Assembly: GCA_965201075.1 (NCBI GenBank)
Contig: CBDAVP010000002.1
Coordinates: forward strand, 62,001-126,000
Direction of reading: 5' to 3'
Length of the DNA stretch: 64,000 nucleotides
From: Isosphaeraceae bacterium
GTDB lineage: Bacteria; Planctomycetota; Planctomycetia; Isosphaerales; Isosphaeraceae
Shown here: positions 38,901 to 47,436 of the stretch, piece by piece
How positions within the stretch are numbered: the stretch's first letter is position 1
Layout: the number at the start of each line of letters is the position of its first letter
The notes under the pieces: model-generated
The model's input: only the letters and a program-made list of their open reading frames with translations
Database searches by the model: none
What the model was told of the DNA's origin: nothing
Translations under genes and position numbers: made by a program

Positions 38901-41754
38901 CGAAGTCCCGCTCGCTCGCCAACTCCTCGACGCCCACGAATACCTCCGCCTCAAGGGACTGTCCTACGACCTGGTCCTGCTCGACGAGGAACCCGACGAC
39001 AACCAGGTCGCCGTCCACCACGAGTTGTTGGACCTGACCCGATCACAGGAACTGGTCGACAAGCCCGGGGGGGTCTTCGTCCGCCGGGTCAATGGCATGG
39101 CCGAGGAAGACCAATGGCTCCTCCAGGCCGCCGCCCGGGCCATCTTCGTCGGCGACCGGGGTCCGCTGGCCAACCAGCTCGACCGGATCGACCGTCGTCC
39201 CATTCCACCGCCCGCCCTCGCGACGACGGCCACCCCCTCCGACTCCGACGACGACGACGCCCAGCCGCCGCCCGACCTCCAGTTCTTCAACGGCCTGGGC
39301 GGTTTCTCGCCCGACGGCCGAGAGTACTGCACCATCATCCGCGGCCGCGTTGACTACGAGGTCCGCCGCAACGGCAAGGCCGCCGCGCCGCCGGTTCCCC
39401 GGCCCGCCCTGCCCCCGGCCCCCTGGATTAATGTCGTCGCCAACCCCTCCTGCGGCTTCCTCGCCTCCGAGTCGGGCCTCGGTTACACCTGGGCCGGCAA
39501 CAGCCAGTCAAACCGCCTGACCCCCTGGAACAACGACCCGGTCGCCGACCCCCCCGGCGAAGTCCTTTACCTCCGAGACGAGGAAACCGGCGCCGTCTGG
39601 TCCCCCACCCCGCTCCCCATCCCCGCCGCCTCGGCCGTCGTCGTCCGTCACGGTTGGGGGTTCACCACCTACGAACGCCTCGGTCACGGACTCGCCCAGG
39701 AGCTCACCGTCTTCGTCCCGGCCGACGACCCGGTCAAGGTCTTGCTCCTCAAACTCTCGAACGTCGGCGGCCGGGTCCGCCACCTCTCGGCAACCTATTA
39801 CGCCGAATGGGTGCTGGGAACCTCCCGAGAAGCCGCGGCAATGAGCGTGGTCACCGAGGTCGACCCCGAGGCCGGCCTCCTCCTGGCTCGCAACGCCTTC
39901 AACACCGACTTTGGCAAGGCGGTGGCCTTCGTCGACGTCGACCGCCGGCCCCGCACCCTCACCGCCGACCGCACCGAGTTCCTCGGGCGTCTTGGGTCGG
40001 TCGCCTCGCCCGCCGCCCTCACCAGAACCGAACTCTCCAACCGAACCGGCGCGGGACTCGACCCCTGCGCCGCCCTCCAGGCCGGCATCGTCCTCCAGCC
40101 CGGCGAGGAAACCGAGGTCGTCTTCCTGATCGGTCAGGCCGACGACGTCGCCACCGCGAGAAGCCTCGCTCTCCGCCACCGAGACCCCACCCACGCCCGT
40201 GCCGCTCTTTCCGAGGTCCGCGACCGCTGGCTCCAGGCCCTCGAAGCCGTCCAGGTCCGCACCCCCGACCCAGCCCTCGACCTGATGCTCAACGGCTGGC
40301 TGACCTACCAGGTCCTCTCCTGCCGACTCTGGGGCCGCTCGGCCTTTTATCAGTCCGGCGGAGCCTACGGTTTCCGCGACCAGCTTCAGGACGTCATGGC
40401 CCTGGTCTACGGGGCCCCTCAGGAAGCCCGAGCGCAAATCCTCCGCGCCGCCGCTCGCCAGTTCATCGAGGGCGACGTTCAACACTGGTGGCACCCCCCC
40501 GCCGGCCGCGGCGTCCGCACCCGCTTCTCCGACGACTTCCTCTGGCTCCCCTACGTCACGCTCCACTACCTCCGCGCCACTGGCGATAATGCCATCCTCG
40601 ACCAGCCCATCACCTCCATCCGCGGTCCCATCCTCAAGCCGGGTCAGGAGGAAGACTACGGCATGCCCGAGGTCGTCCCCGACACTATCTCCCTGTACGA
40701 ACACTGCATCCGCTGCCTCGAAAACGGCCGCAAGTTCGGCGTCCACGGCCTCCCCCTGATGGGCACGGGCGACTGGAACGACGGCATGAACCGCGTCGGC
40801 GACGAGGGCAAGGGGGAAAGCGTCTGGGTCGCCTGGTTCCAGATCGCCATCCTCCGCCCGTTCGCCACCCTGGCCGAGCAACGCGGCGACACCTTCCACG
40901 CCAACCGCTACCGCTCCCAGGCCGACGACCTCGTCCAGGCCATCGAGACAACCTCCTGGGACGGCGACTGGTACCGACGCGCCTACTTCGACGACGGCAC
41001 GCCCCTGGGCTCGGCCCAGAACGACGAATGCCAGATCGACTCCCTCGCCCAGACCTGGGCCGTCATCTCCGGCGCCGGCGACCCCCAGCGTTCCCTCAAG
41101 GCGATGGCCGAGGTCGAAAAACAGCTCGTCCGCGACGAAGACGGCCTGATCCTCCTCTTCACACCACCCTTCGACCACGGCACGCTCCACCCCGGCTACA
41201 TCCGCGGCTACGTCCCGGGCATCCGCGAAAACGGCGGACAGTACACCCACGCGGCCACCTGGGTCATCCAGGCCACGGCCCTGCTCAACCAGGGCAAACG
41301 CGCCTGGGAACTCTTCGACCTGCTCAACCCCATCCGCCACGCCGACTCTCCCGAGGCCGTGGCCCTCTACAAGGTCGAGCCCTACGTCATCGCCGCCGAC
41401 GTCTACGGTCGTCCCCCCCACACCGGCCGAGGCGGCTGGACCTGGTACACCGGCTCGGCCGGCTGGTTCTATCGGGCCGGACTCGAAGACATCCTCGGCT
41501 TCCAGCTCCAGGGGGACCACCTCGCGATCGACCCCCGGATCCCCCCCACCTGGCCCGAGTTCCAGATCACCTTCCGTCACCGCTCCGCGACTTACCAGAT
41601 CCTCGTGACCAACCCCGAAGGCGTCGAACACGGGGTCCACGAAACCTTCCTCGACAACAACTCCCACGGTCAGGGACCCATCCCCCTGGCCGACGACGGC
41701 CGAGAGCATCACGTCCGGATCGTCCTGGGCTCAACCGCCAACCAGGTAACGTGA
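32938..41754 (+). CDS. ndvB: Cyclic beta-1,2-glucan synthase (Cgs/NdvB/ChvB): GT84 + cyclisation domain + GH94 phosphorylase
   Basis: ~2940 aa; GWERKRGKL, LDADT, SHDLIEG, HRWVRGDWQ; LPPDNYQE, WGGTMFEYLMP, WGISES; QSGGAYGFRDQLQD, GDWNDGMN, ENGGQYTH, WYTGSAGW. Confidence 0.95.
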   Translation: MTISVAQPVTTHPVGPSSAPPLPPIDPRGDEPIRSDLLGMDYLEAQARRLAAGCQPLSRVRANSPLLRRFAENGRKLVQVHRRILEDLDRSETRGLDAEWLADNFHIVEDVLREVRQDLPPGYDSELPKLVDGPLAGYPRVYALALTLVAHSDSALDEARITRFVRAFQTASPLTIGELWAVPTMLRLVLLENLRRLSEQMTRGWDERQHAQNWGASQIALATSAAGANRPSRLIDPIPNLAGPFVVALLKVARDGGAAGDALLDRLETRLATESLNSDTILRREHRRQAANQVTVGNCVTSLRLLSAFDWNVFFERHNAVDAALRNDPTSTYARQDFATRDRQRRTIERLARRAEVEEVDVARRAVELAHDGLDDGPRGQVGFYLADRGLDRLKAEFHYPLTLGDRLADISHHNPRLIYFGLILLVMALVTALLPGHLGQLGPLAGLLVALLLLALSELGVGLVNHLLTLFLPPRSLPKLDFKDGIATDCPTFVVMPSMLVRPESGTVLLERLEIHYLANPDPQLYFALLTDFSDAPQARMPEDDSYVRAALDGVKALNDRYCPGGPDRFFVFHRRRLHNPVQGCWMGWERKRGKLTEFNRFLRGANDTSYAVLSAELTQLPRIRFVITLDADTQLPRESAGRLIGTIAHPLNLPRFDPAQRRVVEGFGVLQPRVSYNMLAATRSRFAGILASSAGVDPYATAVSDLYMDLFGSGTFTGKGIYEVDAFEAATGHTFPENRILSHDLIEGNYARCGLVTDVELFDDFPPRYHAYARREHRWVRGDWQLLPWLGARVPTPDGPRPNVLPALEWWKLFDNLRRSLIPPTLVLLLTLAWTIFPGSPLQWTLFLLAVPFLPLTQLGLGTVIASVRGSSLSPIKGLAGSLLPTLGQCLMTTTFLADQARHLVDATVRTLYRLTVSHKQMLEWETAAAAERRLGTGLAQFWRTMWPASTVGLAVAALVALIRPSSLPIAAPVLLAWIFSPAVAFWVSRPKSVEDDPLTDEGRAELGRVARRTWQFFEDFVGDEDHWLPPDNYQEIPGNRVAHRTSPTNKGLLLLSTLSAHDLGYLGLRTLADRLSKTMDTLESLEKYQGHFLNWYNTKTLKPLPPVYVSTVDSGNMLGCLVTLKHGLREKSHDPAFGPSTLKGMGDVLGLVAEHLRPVRPSGSVAIAATRALELGLEELRRLVAKRPADLLEWDDLFGRLDWSVVALLGKVRALAEAIPELPRGIEAWSRRLLARVHEARADLATLAPWLEAVKAVPADVGPVTGDTRNRWEGVRANLLAPGGLLSLADRAWMIRGELERLSADHPAFQAVAEAINGSAAAALRDHLRRLADRAENLAEAMDFRFLYKADRHLFSIGCNLVQGRLDASCYDLLASEAALTSFLAVARGQVPRKHWFQLGRPFIDAANQVGLLSWGGTMFEYLMPRLMLKSLPATLVAQAARVAVDRQIEYGRSQGVPWGISESAYSSIYVDGDYQYQAFGVPGLGLKRGLDKDLVVAPYATALAVMMRPREALENFRRLTAEGALGPHGFYEAVDFTAGRVPPNTRSAICYSYMAHHQGMSLVALTNALLDDPMPRRFHTEPSVRAVELLLQERIPRDPPIVSPTEAEMAPTPTSPESGGTPLLSRRLTTAATPAPRTTLMSNGSYGVMLTNAGSGYSTCRGLDVTRWREDSTSDAWGQFLYLRDTTSQVTWSAGLQPTGRPADDLEIVFSADKAAFRRLDANIETLLEVTVSPESLAEVRRVTLTNRDTRPREIELTSYAEVVLASRAADAAHPAFNKLFLETEYLPDTGALLCRRRPRAQDQAPIWAVHVSTTDPAIEPEIQFETDRARFLGRGRTPADPAALDPHASLSGTTGPVLDPILSLRRRVKLDPGASATLSFTTAVADTRAEALALADQFRDPAAASRAFELSWAHGQVEHRHRPWTGEDGHLYQRLASHILYASPSLRAAAAILNSNTQGQPGLWRFGISGDLPIVLLRIAAVTEVPLARQLLDAHEYLRLKGLSYDLVLLDEEPDDNQVAVHHELLDLTRSQELVDKPGGVFVRRVNGMAEEDQWLLQAAARAIFVGDRGPLANQLDRIDRRPIPPPALATTATPSDSDDDDAQPPPDLQFFNGLGGFSPDGREYCTIIRGRVDYEVRRNGKAAAPPVPRPALPPAPWINVVANPSCGFLASESGLGYTWAGNSQSNRLTPWNNDPVADPPGEVLYLRDEETGAVWSPTPLPIPAASAVVVRHGWGFTTYERLGHGLAQELTVFVPADDPVKVLLLKLSNVGGRVRHLSATYYAEWVLGTSREAAAMSVVTEVDPEAGLLLARNAFNTDFGKAVAFVDVDRRPRTLTADRTEFLGRLGSVASPAALTRTELSNRTGAGLDPCAALQAGIVLQPGEETEVVFLIGQADDVATARSLALRHRDPTHARAALSEVRDRWLQALEAVQVRTPDPALDLMLNGWLTYQVLSCRLWGRSAFYQSGGAYGFRDQLQDVMALVYGAPQEARAQILRAAARQFIEGDVQHWWHPPAGRGVRTRFSDDFLWLPYVTLHYLRATGDNAILDQPITSIRGPILKPGQEEDYGMPEVVPDTISLYEHCIRCLENGRKFGVHGLPLMGTGDWNDGMNRVGDEGKGESVWVAWFQIAILRPFATLAEQRGDTFHANRYRSQADDLVQAIETTSWDGDWYRRAYFDDGTPLGSAQNDECQIDSLAQTWAVISGAGDPQRSLKAMAEVEKQLVRDEDGLILLFTPPFDHGTLHPGYIRGYVPGIRENGGQYTHAATWVIQATALLNQGKRAWELFDLLNPIRHADSPEAVALYKVEPYVIAADVYGRPPHTGRGGWTWYTGSAGWFYRAGLEDILGFQLQGDHLAIDPRIPPTWPEFQITFRHRSATYQILVTNPEGVEHGVHETFLDNNSHGQGPIPLADDGREHHVRIVLGSTANQVT

Positions 41755-41911
41755 GTTCCTCGTCGGTCGCAGCGACTTCCGTATCTGCCCTGACTCGGGC
41801 GGTTGACCCATCGTCGTCAGAAATCCGGCGTCGAAATCCTCTTGCCCCGGAATCGCATGCGGCTCGCGACGAAGCCATGCGAGGCTGAACCTTCCGAACC
41901 GTGACGGACGA

Positions 41912-42331
41912 ATGCCTCCGACCGCCCTCGACACGTTCAGCACGTTCGGCGTCATCATCCTCTGCATGGTCCTCGCCATCATGGCGCTGACCCTGTTCTT
42001 CAAGGGATTGAACTGGCGTAAAGGCGGCGAGGCCAAGCCCGAGACAATGGCCATCCGGGGCGTTTTGAAGAAAGGAACATGGGCAACGGTCCACATGACC
42101 GGGGCGAAGTCATTCGACCGGGTTCGGTTCCTTGGTTTCACGAATTATGAGGGGTCCAAGAATTACGTCCCAGGCGACCTCCACGGGATGGTCATCCTGG
42201 AAGACCCGGAGGGGCGACAATTTCTGGTCCGCTCCAAGGCGATCCGCATGATCGTCATCGAGCCACCCACCCCGTCAGCCCCAAGCCTAGCCACCGACCC
42301 AGACTCCCCGGCGGATCAACCCGTAACCTGA
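41912..42331 (+). CDS. Hypothetical single-TM protein
   Basis: 139 aa ORF, N-terminal TM helix followed by a small beta-rich domain. Confidence 0.6.
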   Translation: MPPTALDTFSTFGVIILCMVLAIMALTLFFKGLNWRKGGEAKPETMAIRGVLKKGTWATVHMTGAKSFDRVRFLGFTNYEGSKNYVPGDLHGMVILEDPEGRQFLVRSKAIRMIVIEPPTPSAPSLATDPDSPADQPVT

Positions 42332-42660
42332 CATCGCCTTGATCCGAGGAAAAGCCGATTCGGCTCGCATCGCGACACGAAAATGGGAAGTCATCGACCT
42401 CATCCGGTCAAGTCGAACGACAGCCGCTTCAGACAGTCAATTTTTCAACAACGTTTCATCAAAGTGTCGCGGCCCAGGAAAAACGGGAATGGCGCACGCG
42501 ACCCAATTACGAAACGGAACCCAGACAATGGGCCTTGAACGTGCCCAAACAAGAATGAACGCCGGAGCGATGGAGGTGGAAAAGAGATGTACAGACTGAT
42601 GAGAAGATGCGGGGGTGGGGGGAGAAACAAACGAATCGAACTCTAACCTAATCTACGCTA

Positions 42661-42698
42661 CAGGCTCGGCCAGGTTCATCACGAACCCGCCGAGCCTG
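42661..42698. other. GC-rich hairpin, possible terminator
   Basis: CAGGCTCGGC...GCCGAGCCTG inverted repeat between convergent small ORFs; no clear downstream U-tract. Confidence 0.4.
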
Positions 42699-42733
42699 AA
42701 AATCGGCGAAACTTCATTGAGCCCTGCAAAGAC

Positions 42734-43030
42734 TCAAGCCCCCGGCCGTCCCCTCACCAGCCCTCGCATTTGAAGGTGGCTGACGGGCAGGGACGACCCT
42801 TGCAGCAAGGCCATCAACTTGGTCTCGACCATTTGGGCCGGAGAAACCGCCGAACGGTCATCGACCACGAGAGATTCTTCAGGCAGGGCTGCCGCATATC
42901 GAGTCACGCCACGACGTTCCAGCTCGCGAACCATGGCATGGTCGAAGGCAGCGGTATCGCCGGACCGCGCGGGCGACGCGGCGGTGACGAAGCCACTCGT
43001 CGTCAAAAGGGGCGCGTGGGAGTCGTTCAT
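42734..43030 (-). CDS. Small hypothetical protein (98 aa)
   Basis: GAGGTG RBS before ATG 43030; no recognisable domain. Confidence 0.4.
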   Translation of the reverse strand: MNDSHAPLLTTSGFVTAASPARSGDTAAFDHAMVRELERRGVTRYAAALPEESLVVDDRSAVSPAQMVETKLMALLQGSSLPVSHLQMRGLVRGRPGA

Positions 43031-43587
43031 GGACGATACACCTCGGCGTCTGGGGCCTGGCAAGTACCGCTGACCGACCCGTGAGGTTGCAAAGTGCGTG
43101 CCGACTTTGCCAGGTCCGGTCAGAGGGCAAGAGCGAGTCGGTGGGATGGAGACTTGCCCTCGCCACTCAATACGGTGAAAACCGTTATTTCGCGGGCGCC
43201 AGGTCGAGATTCTCGATCCCTGGCCAGATCAGTCTAATGCTTGCGCCTCGGACTTTCAACGCACTTCACCCTCCCCTCCCCGCTTCTTCTAGGTAGATTG
43301 CGTGAAGCTCCCCTCGGTGGGTAAAAAATTCGGTCGCCAGGACCGATGAATTCCGTCCAACGCTTAGGTTATAGTACCCGTACTGAATGCGGAACTCGGG
43401 CCCGGCCTCGCGGCGAGGTCGACACCCGAGGAGGTCCCGCCCCACGCCTCTTCGGCGTCGCGGGAGGGGCCTCACGCACCGGGCGGACGCGACCGCCCTT
43501 CCCTCCCTCCAACCCCTCCGGGGTTTCGCGTTGAGTTTGGCGGACTGGACCACCCCCGTCCTGCCTTCCTCACCTTCAGGAACGACC

Positions 43588-45540
43588 ATGGGCCCGATGT
43601 CGCCGGTCACGTCTCCGACGGGGTTCCGCGCCGAGCTGCGCAACGTCCTCGCCGCCGGTTCACAAGTCTGGGGACTCATCCCCGGACGGCAAAAGCGAGC
43701 CCTGGGTCTCGCCGCGCTGGTGATGGCCATCACCAGCGCCGCCGGCACCGCCATCCCCCTGGTCCTGGGCGAACTGGTCAACGCGGTCGAGGCCGCCCAG
43801 AAGTCCGCGCTCGCCCGCCCCGCCTTGTTCCGAATGGCGGCAACGTATCTCGCCCTGCTCGGCCTCGCCTACCTGGTCCGTGAGGCATTCAACGTCCTGC
43901 GTCGCTATATCGTTGAAGAAACCGCCACACGCATCGACAAGGAACTCTGCGTCCGAATCGTCGACCACCTGATGCAGGTCGACCTTTCAACCCTGACCCA
44001 TGAACAGGTCGGCGCCCTGCACGGCCGCATCCACCGAAGCGTCGAGGGATACGTCCGGTTCCTTCGCATCAGCTTCCTCGACTTCTTCCCGGCACTCCTG
44101 GGAGGCTCCTTCGCCCTGACCGCCACACTGACCAAGGAGCCGCGAATCGCCCTGGTCATGCTCGGCGTGGTGCCGGTCTCGCTGGGGTTGACCGTGTGGC
44201 AATTGCTCTCGCAGAAGGGAATCCGCATCTCACTCCTGCGAAGCCGCGAGGCGATGGATGGCACCGTCGTCGAACTCCTCGGCGGTCTCGACTACGTCCG
44301 TGCCTCCAACACCCAGCGACAGGAAATCCAGCGGGTTGACCGTACCGCCGAAGCCCGTCGCGCCAAGGAAATCCGCCACCAGATCGCCATGTCCTTCTTT
44401 GGATGTGGCAAGGCCCTCAACGAAGCATTCTTCCACCTGATGGTGGTCGCCTTCGCCGTCTACCTGACGCTCACGGGGTCGATGAGCTTCGGCGGAATTA
44501 TCGCCTTCTCCGGCCTGTTCCTCGGCGTCATGGCTCCCCTGGCCGAGGTTCACCGCTTCATCGACGAGGCCCACGAAAGCAGCCTGCGGATCGGCGACCT
44601 CCTGGTCCTCCTCAACCAACCGCCCGACCGCTCATTCTCCACCTCCGGAGACCGTCTGCCGTCCTTGCAACTGGGCCGACCCCTCTTCGAGGCCGAGGGC
44701 CTGCGGGTCCACTACCGCACCAAGGACGGCCGCACCCGTCGCGCCCTCGACGGTGTGAGCATGAGGATCCACCACGGCGAGACGATCGGCGTCGCCGGTC
44801 GCTCCGGCAGCGGCAAGTCCACCTGGCTCCGCGTCATGATGCGTCTGGCCCACCCGGTCGCCGGCACGGCCCGCCTCGGCGGCGTCCCCCTGGAAGACGT
44901 GTCTCGCGAAACCATCGGCGACACGATCGGCTACGTCGGTCAGAACCCGTTCGTCTTCGCCGGCACCATCGCCGAGAACATCGCCTACGGACACGAGGAC
45001 GCCTGCCCCGACGCCATCCGCCACGCCGCCTACATGGCCTGCATCCACGACGAAATCCTCGACATGCCCGGCGGCTACGACGCCCTGGTCGCCGAGCGGG
45101 GCCAAAACCTGTCTGGAGGCCAGCGCCAACGGCTGGCCCTCGCCCGGGTCTTCCTCAAAAACCCCCCTGTCCTGATCCTCGACGAAGGCACCTCGGCCCT
45201 CGACAACATCAGCGAGCGCAAGGTCCAGCAGGCGATCAACGCCGCTCGCGCCGACCGCACCGTGATTCTCGTCGCCCACCGCCTCTCAACCCTCCTCGAC
45301 GCCGACCGAATCCTGGTCTTCGACGAGGGGCGAATCGTCGAGGCCGGCTCCTACGAGGAACTGGTCCTGGGAGGCGGGACCTTCGCCGAACTGGTCCGCT
45401 CGGCCGAGGAAGGGCGTCCCGAGATCGCCCGCCGCCGCCTGATCCCCGCCCCAGCGATCGACCTCGTCCAGCCCAGCCCCGAAATCCTCGTCGGTGCGTT
45501 CGGCGACTCCCTCGTAACGCCGGCCGAACTCACCGCCTGA
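43588..45540 (+). CDS. ABC exporter, fused TMD-NBD (MsbA/NdvA class)
   Basis: TM region, then GRSGSGKST, LSGGQRQRL, ILDEGTSALD, VAHRLST. Confidence 0.93.
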   Translation: MGPMSPVTSPTGFRAELRNVLAAGSQVWGLIPGRQKRALGLAALVMAITSAAGTAIPLVLGELVNAVEAAQKSALARPALFRMAATYLALLGLAYLVREAFNVLRRYIVEETATRIDKELCVRIVDHLMQVDLSTLTHEQVGALHGRIHRSVEGYVRFLRISFLDFFPALLGGSFALTATLTKEPRIALVMLGVVPVSLGLTVWQLLSQKGIRISLLRSREAMDGTVVELLGGLDYVRASNTQRQEIQRVDRTAEARRAKEIRHQIAMSFFGCGKALNEAFFHLMVVAFAVYLTLTGSMSFGGIIAFSGLFLGVMAPLAEVHRFIDEAHESSLRIGDLLVLLNQPPDRSFSTSGDRLPSLQLGRPLFEAEGLRVHYRTKDGRTRRALDGVSMRIHHGETIGVAGRSGSGKSTWLRVMMRLAHPVAGTARLGGVPLEDVSRETIGDTIGYVGQNPFVFAGTIAENIAYGHEDACPDAIRHAAYMACIHDEILDMPGGYDALVAERGQNLSGGQRQRLALARVFLKNPPVLILDEGTSALDNISERKVQQAINAARADRTVILVAHRLSTLLDADRILVFDEGRIVEAGSYEELVLGGGTFAELVRSAEEGRPEIARRRLIPAPAIDLVQPSPEILVGAFGDSLVTPAELTA

Positions 45541-45568
45541 GCCAGCAATTACCCGACGAGCCTCAAAA

Positions 45569-45605
45569 CCGGGCCGGTCCCTTTTTCACGAAGGGCCCGG
45601 CCCGG
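45569..45605. terminator. Stem-loop after ABC exporter
   Basis: CCGGGCCGGTCCCTT / AAGGGCCCGGCCCGG, 28 bp past the stop; no U-tract on +. Confidence 0.45.
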
Positions 45606-45748
45606 CCTCGTTACGCGGGAGTTTCTAAATTCCGGGGCCGACCCGCGACCATCCGGCCGCGACCACTCCTCTCTGTCCTCGGCCGAGAGTGCCGATCCCG
45701 TTTTCCCAAGCCCTTGACGACCGATCCACCTTGGCCTATCTCATCGGC

Positions 45749-46939
45749 ATGTCCTGGGCTCGTGGACTCCTCCTCGCCGCGCTTCTGCTCACCCTCCTGC
45801 CGCTGGGGCTCGGGTCGCTGTTGCTGGTCCTCGCCGAAACCCGTCCGGGACGCCTCTCCGGGGCTTTGGCCGCCTCGGTGTTTCTGGCGGTGGTCGGCCT
45901 CCTCGCCGCGATCGCTCTGCCAGGAACCCCCCGGCCCGCCTTGGCCCTGACCTCCCTCTCGATCTTGTCCGCGCTTGGCGTTCTGCTGGCTCTGGTCCGT
46001 CTGCCCCCGCCAGAGCCTCCACACGCCGACCTCGGCCTGATCGCCCTGCGGCTCGACTCACCAGCGCAAGACGACCCCGGCCCCGGCTGGCTTCCCGAGC
46101 GCGACCGGCTCAAACTCGCGACAACGGTCCTGGCCCGGCTCGCTCCCACCCTGGGAAGCGCCGAGGGACGCCGCATCCGCGAAACGATCATGCCCCTGGC
46201 TCGCGAGGCCCACGCCGCGAACCCCCTGGCCCCCGTCAGCCACCTGGCCCTTGCCGGGCTCTTCGGCTGGCCTGGGGGAACCGGGCATGGCTACGCCTAC
46301 ATCCCCCCCGTCGCTCCCGGCGAACGGCTCGGTGCCATCCTGTTTCTCCACGGCGACGCGGGCAACTTCCAGACCTTGGCCTGGGCCTGGAAACCCTTGG
46401 CCGACCGCCGCCACCTGGCCATCCTCTGCCCCAGCTACGGGTTCGGCTTCTGGGGACCCGGAGGCGTCTCGGTCGTCGAGCGATTCCGCCTCGCCAGCCT
46501 CGCCCGATTCCCGATCGACCCCAATCGGGTGTACCTCGCCGGCCTCTCCGACGGCGGCAACGGAGTGACCCGCGTGGCCTCGGCGGCCCCCCAGCATTAC
46601 CGGGGTCTCATCTACATCTCACCCACAATGAACCCTCGAGACCTCATCGCCCCCGCCTTCGCGCAAGGGTGGAAAAGTCGGTCGGTCCTGGTCTTCCAGG
46701 GCGGTCGCGACCGGAACGTGACCCCGGCGTCGGTCGCTGCCGGCGTGGCTCTCATGAACGCTCAAGGCGTCGACGTGACCTTTGACGTCGTGCCCGAGGA
46801 GACTCACTTCCTGTTTCTCGGTCACAGGGACTGGCTCTTCCGTCGCCTGGAAGCCTGGCTCGACGCCCAGGAGCTTCCTCCACATCCAGCCCAGGACCAC
46901 ACAGAGAGTTCCCATCATGCCCCAACCCCGTCGGATTGA
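45749..46939 (+). CDS. Membrane-anchored alpha/beta hydrolase (esterase-like)
   Basis: N-terminal TMs; LFLHG, IDPNRVYLAGLSDGG nucleophile elbow, QG.RD, H near C-terminus. Confidence 0.8.
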   Translation: MSWARGLLLAALLLTLLPLGLGSLLLVLAETRPGRLSGALAASVFLAVVGLLAAIALPGTPRPALALTSLSILSALGVLLALVRLPPPEPPHADLGLIALRLDSPAQDDPGPGWLPERDRLKLATTVLARLAPTLGSAEGRRIRETIMPLAREAHAANPLAPVSHLALAGLFGWPGGTGHGYAYIPPVAPGERLGAILFLHGDAGNFQTLAWAWKPLADRRHLAILCPSYGFGFWGPGGVSVVERFRLASLARFPIDPNRVYLAGLSDGGNGVTRVASAAPQHYRGLIYISPTMNPRDLIAPAFAQGWKSRSVLVFQGGRDRNVTPASVAAGVALMNAQGVDVTFDVVPEETHFLFLGHRDWLFRRLEAWLDAQELPPHPAQDHTESSHHAPTPSD

Positions 46940-47417
46940 GCCCGGCCCCGGCCAGGAATCGGTCTGGGACTATCCCCGCCCTCCTCGCCTCGAACCGTGC
47001 TCGAAGCTGATCCGCGTCGAGTTCGCCGGTCTCTGCCTGATCGAAACGCGTCGGGCCTACCGGGTTCTGGAGACCAGCCACCCGCCGGCTTACTACGTTC
47101 CACCCGACGACCTGACCGACCCATCGTCCTTGATCCCCTCGGCCCGCTCCTCGTTTTGCGAGTGGAAGGGACGCGCCTCCTACGTCTCGCTCCGCGTCGG
47201 CGACCGCCGCTCTTCCGACGCGGCCTGGTGCTACAAAACCCCAACGCCCGCCTTCGCCCCCATCCGGGACTACCTGGCGTTTTATCCCTCCAAGGTCGAC
47301 GGCTGCTGGGTCGACGGCGTTCCCGTCCAGGCCCAGCCCGGCGACTTCTACGGAGGCTGGTTGACCCCCGACATCATCGGCCCCTTCAAGGGAGGACCGG
47401 GGACGATGGGCTGGTAA
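46917..47417 (+). CDS. DUF427 domain protein
   Basis: ESVWDYPRPPRLE, VLETSHPP.YY.P, SFCEWKG.ASY, AAW.Y, QPGDFYGGW. Confidence 0.92.
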   Translation: MPQPRRIEPGPGQESVWDYPRPPRLEPCSKLIRVEFAGLCLIETRRAYRVLETSHPPAYYVPPDDLTDPSSLIPSARSSFCEWKGRASYVSLRVGDRRSSDAAWCYKTPTPAFAPIRDYLAFYPSKVDGCWVDGVPVQAQPGDFYGGWLTPDIIGPFKGGPGTMGW

Positions 47418-47436
47418 GACCCGCGTCCGCAACGGT

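Noticed and set aside
32296..41712. Long antisense ORFs (1000, 736, 734 aa) opposite cgs
   Set aside because: Shadow ORFs expected from high-GC codon bias; no protein motifs
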